This document shows positions 30,801 to 42,300 of a DNA stretch of 64,000 nt, in pieces. Origin of the DNA: Auanema rhodensis (Eukaryota; Animalia; Nematoda); contig OZ059894.1 of assembly GCA_964057225.1 (NCBI GenBank), positions 868,001-932,000 on the forward strand, written 5' to 3'. A model generated the notes under the pieces. The model was not told the DNA's origin, did not search any database, and saw nothing but the letters and a program-made list of their open reading frames with translations. Within the stretch, counting starts at the first letter, position 1. The number at the start of each line of letters is the position of its first letter. Position numbers and translations under genes: made by a program.

Positions 30801-33615
30801 AGTGCACATCACGTGTACATTTAATTAGCATAAATTAAAGTTCACGTAAATTTCAAAGTCATGGTTACCATGCACCAATATCAATAAAAATTTGTTTTTA
30901 GACTAATATGGACATGGGGAATCTAATTTTGAAAACCGCATCTCTTTATCTTTCACGTGAAGCGAGTTACATACCAAGTGCACATCACGTGTACATTTAA
31001 TTAGCATAAATTAAAGTTCACGTAAATTTCAAAGTCATGGTTACCATGAACCAATATCAATAAAAATTTGTTTTTAGACTAATATGGACATGAGGAATCT
31101 AATTTTGAAAACCGCATCTCTTTATCTTTCACGTGAAGCGAGTTACATACCAAGTGCACATCACGTGTACATTTAATTAGCATAAATTAAAGTTCACGTA
31201 AATTTCAAAGTCATGGTTACCATGAACCAATATCAATAAAAATTTGTTTTTAGACTAATATGGACATGGGGAATCTAATTTTGAAAACCGCATCTCTTTA
31301 TCTTTCACGTGAAGCGAGTTACATACCAAGTGCACATCACGTGTACATTTAATTAGCATAAATTAAAGTTCACGTAAATTTCAAAGTCATGGTTACCATG
31401 TACCAATATCAATAAAAATTTGTTTTTAGACTAATATGGACATGGGGAATCTAATTTTGAAAACCGCATCTCTTTATCTTTCACGTGAAGCGAGTTACAT
31501 ACCAAGTGCACATCACGTGTACATTTAATTAGCATAAATTAAAGTTCACGTAAATTTCAAAGTCATGGTTACCATGAACCAATATCAATAAAAATTTGTT
31601 TTTAGACTAATATGGACATGGGGAATCTAATTTTGAAAACCGCATCTCTTTATCTTTCACGTGAAGCGAGTTACATACCAAGTGCACATCACGTGTACAT
31701 TTAATTAGCATAAATTAAAGTTCACGTAAATTTCAAAGTCATGGTTACCATGCACCAATATCAATAAAAATTTGTTTTTAGACTAATATGGACATGGGGA
31801 ATCTAATTTTGAAAACCGCATCTCTTTATCTTTCACGTGAAGCGAGTTACATACCAAGTGCACATCACGTGTACATTTAATTAGCATAAATTAAAGTTCA
31901 CGTAAATTTCAAAGTCATGGTTACCATGAACCAATATCAATAAAAATTTGTTTTTAGACTAATATGGACATGGGGAATCTAATTTTGAAAACCGCATTTC
32001 TTTATCTTTCACGTGAAGCGAGTTACATACCAAGTGCACATCACGTGTACATTTAATTAGCATAAATTAAAGTTCACGTAAATTTCAAAGTCATGGTTAC
32101 CATGAAGCAATATCAATAAAAATTTGTTTTTAGACTAATATGGACATGGGGAATCTAATTTTGAAAACCGCATCTCTTTATCTTTCACGTGAAGCGAGTT
32201 ACATACCAAGTGCACATCACGTGTACATTTAATTAGCATAAATTAAAGTTCACGTAAATTTCAAAGTCATGGTTACCATGAACCAATATCAATAAAAATT
32301 TGTTTTTAGACTAATATGGACATGAGGAATCTAATTTTGAAAACCGCATCTCTTTATCTTTCACGTGAAGCGAGTTACATACCAAGTGCACATCACGTGT
32401 ACATTTAATTAGCATAAATTAAAGTTCACGTAAATTTCAAAGTCATGGTTACCATGAACCAATATCAATAAAAATTTGTTTTTAGACTAATATGGACATG
32501 GGGAATCTAATTTTGAAAACCGCATCTCTTTATCTTTCACGTGAAGCGAGTTACATACCAAGTGCACATCACGTGTACATTTAATTAGCATAAATTAAAG
32601 TTCACGTAAATTTCAAAGTCATGGTTACCATGTACCAATATCAATAAAAATTTGTTTTTAGACTAATATGGACATGGGGAATCTAATTTTGAAAACCGCA
32701 TCTCTTTATCTTTCACGTGAAGCGAGTTACATACCAAGTGCACATCACGTGTACATTTAATTAGCATAAATTAAAGTTCACGTAAATTTCAAAGTCATGG
32801 TTACCATGAACCAATATCAATAAAAATTTGTTTTTAGACTAATATGGACATGGGGAATCTAATTTTGAAAACCGCATCTCTTTATCTTTCACGTGAAGCG
32901 AGTTACATACCAAGTGCACATCACGTGTACATTTAATTAGCATAAATTAAAGTTCACGTAAATTTCAAAGTCATGGTTACCATGCACCAATATCAATAAA
33001 AATTTGTTTTTAGACTAATATGGACATGGGGAATCTAATTTTGAAAACCGCATCTCTTTATCTTTCACGTGAAGCGAGTTACATACCAAGTGCACATCAC
33101 GTGTACATTTAATTAGCATAAATTAAAGTTCACGTAAATTTCAAAGTCATGGTTACCATGAACCAATATCAATAAAAATTTGTTTTTAGACTAATATGGA
33201 CATGAGGAATCTAATTTTGAAAACCGCATCTCTTCATCTTTCACGTGAAGCGAGTTACATACCAAGTGCACATCACGTGTACATTTAATTAGCATAAATT
33301 AAAGTTCACGTAAATTTCAAAGTCATGGTTACCATTCACCAATATCAATAAAAATTTGTTTTTAGACTAATATGGACATGGGGAATCTAATTTTGAAAAC
33401 CGCATCTCTTTATCTTTCACGTGAAGCGAGTTACATACCAAGTGCACATCACGTGTACATTTAATTAGCATAAATTAAAGTTCACGTAAATTTCAAAGTC
33501 ATGGTTACCATGCACCAATATCAATAAAAATTTGTTTTTAGACTAATATGGACATGGGGAATCTAATTTTGAAAACCGCATCTCTTTATCTTTCACGTGA
33601 AGCGAGTTACATACC

Positions 33616-33708
33616 AAGTGCACATCACGTGTACATTTAATTAGCATAAATTAAAGTTCACGTAAATTTCAAAGTCATGGTTACCATGAAGCAATATCAA
33701 TAAAAATT
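33616..33708. repeat. Truncated A monomer (84-bp deletion, 92-bp period), copy 1
   Basis: ...CAATAAAAATT|AGTGCACATC... at 33708/33709: monomer position 93 is joined to position 2 of the next unit. Confidence 0.95.
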
Positions 33709-35115
33709 AGTGCACATCATGTGTACATTTAATTAGCATAAATTAAAGTTCACGTAAATTTCAAAGTCATGGTTACCATGAACCAATATCAATAAAAATT
33801 GGTTTTTAGACTAATATGGACATGGGGAATCTAATTTTGAAAACCGCATCTCTTCATCTTTCACGTGAAGCGAGTTACATACCAAGTGCACATCACGTGT
33901 ACATTTAATTAGCATAAATTAAAGTTCACGTAAATTTCAAAGTCATGGTTACCATGCACCAATATCAATAAAAATTTGTTTTTAGACTAATATGGACATG
34001 GGGAATCTAATTTTGAAAACCGCATCTCTTTATCTTTCACGTGAAGCGAGTTACATACCAAATGCACATCACGTGTACATTTAATTAGCATAAATTAAAG
34101 TTCACGTAAATTTCAAAGTCATGGTTACCATGAACCAATATCAATAAAAATTTGTTTTTAGACTAATATGGACATGGGGAATCTAATTTTGAAAACCGCA
34201 TCTCTTCATCTTTCACGTGAAGCGAGTTACATACCAAGTGCACATCACGTGTACATTTAATTAGCATAAATTAAAGTTCACGTAAATTTCAAAGTCATGG
34301 TTACCATGCACCAATATCAATAAAAATTTGTTTTTAGACTAATATGGACATGGGGAATCTAATTTTGAAAACCGCATCTCTTTATCTTTCACGTGAAGCG
34401 AGTTACATACCAAGTGCACATCACGTGTACATTTAATTAGCATAAATTAAAGTTCACGTAAATTTCAAAGTCATGGTTACCATGAACCAATATCAATAAA
34501 AATTTGTTTTTAGACTAATATGGACATGGGGAATCTAATTTTGAAAACCGCATCTCTTTATTTTTCACGTGAAGCGAGTTACATACCAAGTGCACATCAC
34601 GTGTACATTTAATTAGCATAAATTAAAGTTCACGTAAATTTCCAAGTCATGGTTACCATGAACCAATATCAATAAAAATTTGTTTTTAGACTAATATGGA
34701 CATGGGGAATCTAATTTTGAAAACCGCATCTCTTTATCTTTCACGTGAAGCGAGTTACATACCAAGTGCACATCACGTGTACATTTAATTAGCATAAATT
34801 AAAGTTCACGTAAATTTCAAAGTCATGGTTACCATGAACCAATATCAATAAAAATTTGTTTTTAGACTAATATGGACATGGGGAATCTAATTTTGAAAAC
34901 CGCATCTCTTTATCTTTCACGTGAAGCGAGTTACATACCAAGTGCACATCACGTGTACATTTAATTAGCATAAATTAAAGTTCACGTAAATTTCAAAGTC
35001 ATGGTTACCATGAACCAATATCAATAAAAATTTGTTTTTAGACTAATATGGACATGGGGAATCTAATTTTGAAAACCGCATCTCTTCATCTTTCACGTGA
35101 AGCGAGTTACATACC

Positions 35116-35208
35116 AAGTGCACATCACGTGTACATTTAATTAGCATAAATTAAAGTTCACGTAAATTTCGAAGTCATGGTTACCATGCACCAATATCAA
35201 TAAAAATT
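35116..35208. repeat. Truncated A monomer (same 84-bp deletion), copy 2
   Basis: Identical junction AAAAATT|AGTGCAC at 35208/35209. Confidence 0.95.
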
Positions 35209-35911
35209 AGTGCACATCACGTGTACATTTAATTAGCATAAATTAAAGTTCACGTAAATTTCAAAGTCATGGTTACCATGAACCAATATCAATAAAAATT
35301 GGTTTGTAGACTAATATGGACATGGGGAATCTAATTTTGAAAACCGCATCTCTTCATCTTTCACGTGAAGCGAGTTACATACCAAGTGCACATCACGTGT
35401 ACATTTAATTAGCATAAATTAAAGTTCACGTAAATTTCAAAGTCATGGTTACCATGCACCAATATCAATAAAAATTTGTTTTTAGACTAATATGGACAAG
35501 GGGAATCTAATTTTGAAAACCGCATCTCTTTATCTTTCACGTGAAGCGAGTTACATACCAAGTGCACATCACGTGTACATTTAATTAGCATAAATTAAAG
35601 TTCACGTAAATTTCAAAGTCATGGTTACCATGAACCAATATCAATAAAAATTTGTTTTTAGACTAATATGGACATGGGGAATCTAATTTTGAAAACCGCA
35701 TCTCTTTATCTTTCACGTGAAGCGAGTTACATACCAAGTGCACATCACGTGTACATTTAATTAGCATAAATTAAAGTTCACGTAAATTTCAAAGTCATGG
35801 TTACCATGCACCAATATCAATAAAAATTTGTTTTTAGACTAATATGGACATGGGGAATCTAATTTTGAAAACCGCATCTCTTTATCTTTCACGTGAAGCG
35901 AGTTACATACC

Positions 35912-36004
35912 AAGTGCACATCACGTGTACATTTAATTAGCATAAATTAAAGTTCACGTAAATTTCAAAGTCATGGTTACCATGCACCAATATCAATAAA
36001 AATT
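35912..36004. repeat. Truncated A monomer (same 84-bp deletion), copy 3
   Basis: Identical junction at 36004/36005. Confidence 0.95.
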
Positions 36005-37587
36005 AGTGCACATCATGTGTACATTTAATTAGCATAAATTAAAGTTCACGTAAATTTCAAAGTCATGGTTACCATGAACCAATATCAATAAAAATTGGTT
36101 TTTAGACTAATATGGACATGGGGAATCTAATTTTGAAAACCGCATCTCTTCATCTTTCACGTGAAGCGAGTTACATACCAAGTGCACATCACGTGTACAT
36201 TTAATTAGCATAAATTAAAGTTCACGTAAATTTCAAAGTCATGGTTACCATGCACCAATATCAATAAAAATTTGTTTTTAGACTAATATGGACATGGGGA
36301 ATCTAATTTTGAAAACCGCATCTCTTTATCTTTCACGTGAAGCGAGTTACATACCAAGTGCACATCACGTGTACATTTAATTAGCATAAATTAAAGTTCA
36401 CGTAAATTTCAAAGTCATGGTTACCATGAACCAATATCAATAAAAATTTGTTTTTAGACTAATATGGACATGGGGAATCTAATTTTGAAAACCGCATCTC
36501 TTCATCTTCCACGTGAAGCGAGTTACATACCAAGTGCACATCACGTGTACATTTAATTAGCATAAATTAAAGTTCACGTAAATTTCAAAGTCATGGTTAC
36601 CATGAACCAATATCAATAAAAATTTGTTTTTAGACTAATATGGACATGGGGAATCTAATTTTGAAAACCGCATCTCTTCATCTTTCACGTGAAGCGAGTT
36701 ACATACCAAGTGCACATCACGTGTACATTTAATTAGCATAAATTAAAGTTCACGTAAATTTCAAAGTCATGGTTACCATGCACCAATATCAATAAAAATT
36801 TGTTTTTAGACTAATATGGACATGGGGAATCTAATTTTGAAAACCGCATCTCTTTATCTTTCACGTGAAGCGAGTTACATACCAAGTGCACATCACGTGT
36901 ACATTTAATTAGCATAAATTAAAGTTCACGTAAATTTCAAAGTCATGGTTACCATGAACCAATATCAATAAAAATTTGTTTTTAGACTAATATGGACATG
37001 GGGAATCTAATTTTGAAAACCGCATCTCTTTATCTTTCACGTGAAGCGAGTTACATACCAAGTGCACATCACGTGTACATTTAATTAGCATAAATTAAAG
37101 TTCACGTAAATTTCAAAGTCATGGTTACCATGAACCAATATCAATAAAAATTTGTTTTTAGACTAATATGGACATGGGGAATCTAATTTTGAAAACCGCA
37201 TCTCTTTATCTTTCACGTGAAGCGAATTACATACCAAGTGCACATCACGTGTACATTTAATTAGCATAAATTAAAGTTCACGTAAATTTCAAAGTCATGG
37301 TTACCATGAACCAATATCAATAAAAATTTGTTTTTAGACTAATATGGACATGGGGAATCTAATTTTGAAAACCGCATCTCTTTATCTTTCACGTGAAGCG
37401 AGTTACATACCAAGTGCACATCACGTGTACATTTAATTAGCATAAATTAAAGTTCACGTAAATTTCAAAGTCATGGTTACCATGAACCAATATCAATAAA
37501 AATTTGTTTTTAGACTAATATGGACATGGGGAATCTAATTTTGAAAACCGCATCTCTTCATCTTTCACGTGAAGCGAGTTACATACC

Positions 37588-37680
37588 AAGTGCACATCAC
37601 GTGTACATTTAATTAGCATAAATTAAAGTTCACGTAAATTTCAAAGTCATGGTTACCATGCACCAATATCAATAAAAATT
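37588..37680. repeat. Truncated A monomer (same 84-bp deletion), copy 4
   Basis: Identical junction at 37680/37681. Confidence 0.95.
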
Positions 37681-37962
37681 AGTGCACATCACGTGTACAT
37701 TTAATTAGCATAAATTAAAGTTCACGTAAATTTCAAAGTCATGGTTACCATGAACCAATATCAATAAAAATTGGTTTTTAGACTAATATGGACATGGGGA
37801 ATCTAATTTTGCACCAATATCAATAAAAATTAGTGCACATCACGTGTACATTTAATTAGCATAAATTAAAGTTCACGTAAATTTCAAAGTCATGGTTACC
37901 ATGAACCAATATCAATAAAAATTGGTTTTTAGACTAATATGGACATGGGGAATCTAATTTTG
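37661..37962. repeat. Out-of-register 151-bp tandem duplication that includes the deletion junction
   Basis: 37661-37811 is repeated at 37812-37962. The new joint TAATTTTG|CACCAATATC has TG microhomology, and a fifth copy of the deletion junction lies at 37831/37832. Confidence 0.92.
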
Positions 37963-38610
37963 AAAACCGCATCTCTTCATCTTTCACGTGAAGCGAGTTA
38001 CATACCAAGTGCACATCACGTGTACATTTAATTAGCATAAATTAAAGTTCACGTAAATTTCAAAGTCATGGTTACCATGCACCAATATCAATAAAAATTT
38101 GTTTTTAGACTAATATGGACATGGGGAATCTAATTTTGAAAACCGCATCTCTTTATCTTTCACGTGAAGCGAGTTACATACCAAGTGCACATCACGTGTA
38201 CATTTAATTAGCATAAATTAAAGTTCACGTAAATTTCAAAGTCATGGTTACCATGAACCAATATCAATAAAAATTTGTTTTTAGACTAATATGGACATGG
38301 GGAATCTAATTTTGAAAACCGCATCTCTTTATCTTTCACGTGAAGCGAGTTACATACCAAGTGCACATCACGTGTACATTTAATTAGCATAAATTAAAGT
38401 TCACGTAAATTTCAAAGTCATGGTTACCATGCACCAATATCAATAAAAATTTGTTTTTAGACTAATATGGACATGGGGAATCTAATTTTGAAAACCGCAT
38501 CTCTTTATCTTTCACGTGAAGCGAGTTACATACCAAGTGCACATCACGTGTACATTTAATTAGCATAAATTAAAGTTCACGTAAAATTCAAAGTCATGGT
38601 TACCATGAAC

Positions 38611-38630
38611 CAATATCAACAAAAATTTTT
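38611..38630. other. Direct junction between satellite A and satellite B at an imperfect microhomology A(T/C)AAAAATTT
   Basis: Observed CAATATCAACAAAAATTTTT. Array A consensus is CAATATCAATAAAAATTTGT and array B consensus is CATTTTGACAAAAATTTTT. No inserted unique sequence. Confidence 0.95.
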
Positions 38631-38749
38631 TCGAAAAATTTCAAAATAATTTAGCAAAAAGTAGATGTTTTTAGATTCCTTTTTTTAAGGCAAACACGAT
38701 GGACAATGTTTTTCAACGAAAAAATTAGTTCTTCAGGGCGAAAATCGAG

Positions 38750-38949
38750 GATATAAGTGTGAACTTATATCAGTTGATATCTCGGTGCATTTTTAAGCTA
38801 GCGCAAATCTGATAACACAGATCGACGCAGCTTAAAAATCCGCATCGAATGCACTATACTACATTGAGAAACGCTTGATACAAAAATTAGTTATGATCGT
38901 TTGAAAAATGATGCATTAGTGTATGTTGAGTTTCCATGTACACTCAACA
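38750..38949. other. Chain of inverted repeats in monomer B (first copy shown)
   Basis: GATATAAGT-gtga-ACTTATATC (38750-38771). ATTTTTAAGCT (38789-38799)/AGCTTAAAAAT (38829-38839) encloses GCG/CGC and ATCTG/CAGAT. TGTTGAGT (38924-38931)/ACTCAACA (38942-38949). Confidence 0.88.
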
Positions 38950-39321
38950 ATGCTTCCAAAAACATTTTGACAAAAATTTTTTCGAAAAATTTCAAAATAA
39001 TTTAGCAAAAAGTAGATGTTTTTAGATTCCATTTTTCAAGGCAAAGACGATTGACAATGTTATTCAACGAAAAAATTAAATCTTCAGGGTGAAAATCGAG
39101 GATATAAGTGTGAACTTATATCAGTTGATATCTCGGTGCATTTTTAAGCTAGCGCAAATCTGATAACACAGATCGACGCAGCTTACAAAATCCGCATCGA
39201 ATGCACTATACTACATTGAGAAACGTTTGATACAAAAATTAGTTATGATCGTTTGAAAAATGATGCATTAGTGTATGTTGAGTTTCCATGTACACTCAAC
39301 ATTGCTTCCAAAAACATTTTG

Positions 39322-42300
39322 ACAAAAATTTTTTCGAAAAATTTCAAAATAATTTAGCAAAAAGTAGATGTTTTTAGATTCCTTTATTCAAGGCAAAGAC
39401 GATGGACAATGTTATTCAACGAAAAAATTAATTCTTCAGGGTGAAAATCGAGGATATAAGTGTGAACTTATATCAGTTGATATCTCGGTGCATTTTTAAG
39501 CTAGCGCAAATCTGATAACACAGATCGACGCAGCTTAAAAATCCGCATCGAATGCACTATACTACATTGAGAAACGCTTAATACAAAAATTAGTTATGAT
39601 CGTTTGAAAAATGATGCATTAGTGTATGTTGAGTTTCCATGTACACTCAACATTGCTTCCAAAAACATTTTGACAACAATTTTTTCGAAAAATTTCAAAA
39701 TAATTTAGCAAAAAGTAGATGTTTTTAGATTCCATTTTTCAAGGCAAAGACGATGGACAATGTTATTCAACGAAAAAATTAATTCTTCAGGGTGAAAATC
39801 GAGGATATAAGTGTGAACTTATATCAGTTGATATCTCGGTGCATTTTTAAGCTAGCGCAAATCTGATAACACAGATCGACGCAGCTTAAAAATCTGCATC
39901 GAATGCACTATACTACATTGAGAAACGCTTAATACAAAAATTAGTTATGATCGTTTGAAAAATGATGCATTAGTGTATGTTGAGTTTCCATGTACACTCA
40001 ACATTGCTTCCAAAAACATTTTGACAAAAATTTTTTCGAAAAATTTCAAAATAATTTAGCAAAAAGTAGATGTTTTTAGATTCCATTTCTCAAGGCAAAG
40101 ACGATGGACAATGATATTCAACGAAAAAATTATTCCTTCAGGGTGAAAATCGAGGATATAAGTGTAAACTTATATCAGTTGATATCTCGGTGCATTTTTA
40201 AGCTAGCGCAAATCTGATAACACAGATCGACGCAGCTTAAAAATCCGCATCGAATGCACTATACTACATTGAGAAACGCTTAATACAAAAATTAGTTATG
40301 ATCCTTTGAAAAATGATGCATTAGTGTATGTTGAGTTTCCATGTACACTCAACAATGCTTCCAAAAACATTTTGACAAAAATTTTTTCGAAAAATTTCAA
40401 AATAATTTAGCAAAAAGTAGATGTTTTTAGATTCCATTTTTCAAGGCAAAGACGATGGACAATGTTATTCAACGAAAAAATTAAATCTTCAGGGTGAAAA
40501 TCGAGGATATAAGTGTGAACTTATATCAGTTGATATCTCGGTGCATTTTTAAGCTAGCGCAAATCTGATAACACAGATCGACGCAGCTTAAAAATCCGCA
40601 TCGAATGCACTATACTACATTGAGAAACGTTTGATACAAAAATTAGTTATGATCGTTTGAAAAATGATGCATTAGTGTATGTTGAGTTTCCATGTACACT
40701 CAACAATGCTTCCAAAAACATTTTGACAAAAATTTTTTCGAAAAATTTCAAAATAATTTAGCAAAAAGTAGATGTTTTTAGATTCCATTTTTCAAGGCAA
40801 AGACGATGGACAATGTTATTCAACGAAAAAATTAAATCTTCAGGGTGAAAATCGAGGATATAAGTGTGAACTTATATCAGTTGATATCTCGGTGCATTTT
40901 TAAGCTAGCGCAAATCTGATAACACAGATCGACGCAGCTTAAAAATCCGCATCGAATGCACTATACTACATTGAGAAACGTTTGATACAAAAATTAGTTA
41001 TGATCGTTTGAAAAATGATGCATTAGTGTATGTTGAGTTTCCATGTACACTCAACATTGCTTCCAAAAACATTTTGACAAAAATTTTTTCGAAAAATTTC
41101 AAAATAATTTAGCAAAAAGTAGATGTTTTTAGATTCCTTTATTCAAGGCAAAGACGATGGACAATGTTATTCAACGAAAAAATTAATTCTTCAGGGTGAA
41201 AATCGAGGATATAAGTGTGAACTTATATCAGTTGATATCTCGGTGCATTTTTAAGCTAGCGCAAATCTGATAACACAGATCGACGCAGCTTAAAAATCCG
41301 CATCGAATGCACTATACTACATTGAGAAACGCTTAATACAAAAATTAGTTATGATCGTTTGAAAAATGATGCATTAGTGTATGTTGAGTTTCCATGTACA
41401 CTCAACATTGCTTCCAAAAACATTTTGACAACAATTTTTTCGAAAAATTTCAAAATAATTTAGCAAAAAGTAGATGTTTTTAGATTCCATTTTTCAAGGC
41501 AAAGACGATGGACAATGTTATTCAACGAAAAAATTAATTCTTCAGGGTGAAAATCGAGGATATAAGTGTGAACTTATATCAGTTGATATCTCGGTGCATT
41601 TTTAAGCTAGCGCAAATCTGATAACACAGATCGACGCAGCTTAAAAATCTGCATCGAATGCACTATACTACATTGAGAAACGCTTAATACAAAAATTAGT
41701 TATGATCGTTTGAAAAATGATGCATTAGTGTATGTTGAGTTTCCATGTACACTCAACATTGCTTCCAAAAACATTTTGACAAAAATTTTTTCGAAAAATT
41801 TCAAAATAATTTAGCAAAAAGTAGATGTTTTTAGATTTCATTTCTCAAGGCAAAGACGATGGACAATGATATTCAACGAAAAAATTATTCCTTCAGGGTG
41901 AAAATCGAGGATATAAGTGTAAACTTATATCAGTTGATATCTCGGTGCATTTTTAAGCTAGCGCAAATCTGATAACACAGATCGACGCAGCTTAAAAATC
42001 CGCATCGAATGCACTATACTACATTGAGAAACGCTTAATACAAAAATTAGTTATGATCCTTTGAAAAATGATGCATTAGTGTATGTTGAGTTTCCATGTA
42101 CACTCAACAATGCTTCCAAAAACATTTTGACAAAAATTTTTTCGAAAAATTTCAAAATAATTTAGCAAAAAGTAGATGTTTTTAGATTCCATTTTTCAAG
42201 GCAAAGACGATGGACAATGTTATTCAACGAAAAAATTAAATCTTCAGGGTGAAAATCGAGGATATAAGTGTGAACTTATATCAGTTGATATCTCGGTGCA

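Larger units (their letters stand above)
1..38619. repeat. Satellite array A: head-to-tail 176-bp monomer (about 216 full copies plus 7 partial/rearranged); continues beyond the left edge of the window
   Basis: Monomer AAGTGCACATCACGTGTACA...GAAGCGAGTTACATACC restarts at 1, 177, 353, ... 881, 2641, 5281. A 1-bp deletion near 5552 shifts the phase (starts 5632 ... 33616, 159 units of exactly 176 bp). Most copies differ from consensus at 0-2 sites. GC ~32%. Confidence 0.99.

Noticed and set aside
38631-38643. Heat-shock element in CGAAAAATTTC
   Set aside because: The spacing between GAA and TTC does not fit nGAAnnTTCn, and three contiguous pentamers are absent.
38629-38646. CENP-B box-like TTTCGAAAAAT...
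   Set aside because: It matches only the TTCG....A half; the required CGGG is missing (TCAA instead).
38750-38854. tRNA, 5S rRNA or hammerhead ribozyme tandem array
   Set aside because: Hairpins are present, but I found no cloverleaf with T-loop GTTC, no 5S similarity, and no CTGANGA/GAAA core in the right arrangement (CTGATAA is a mismatch). An Rfam scan would be decisive.
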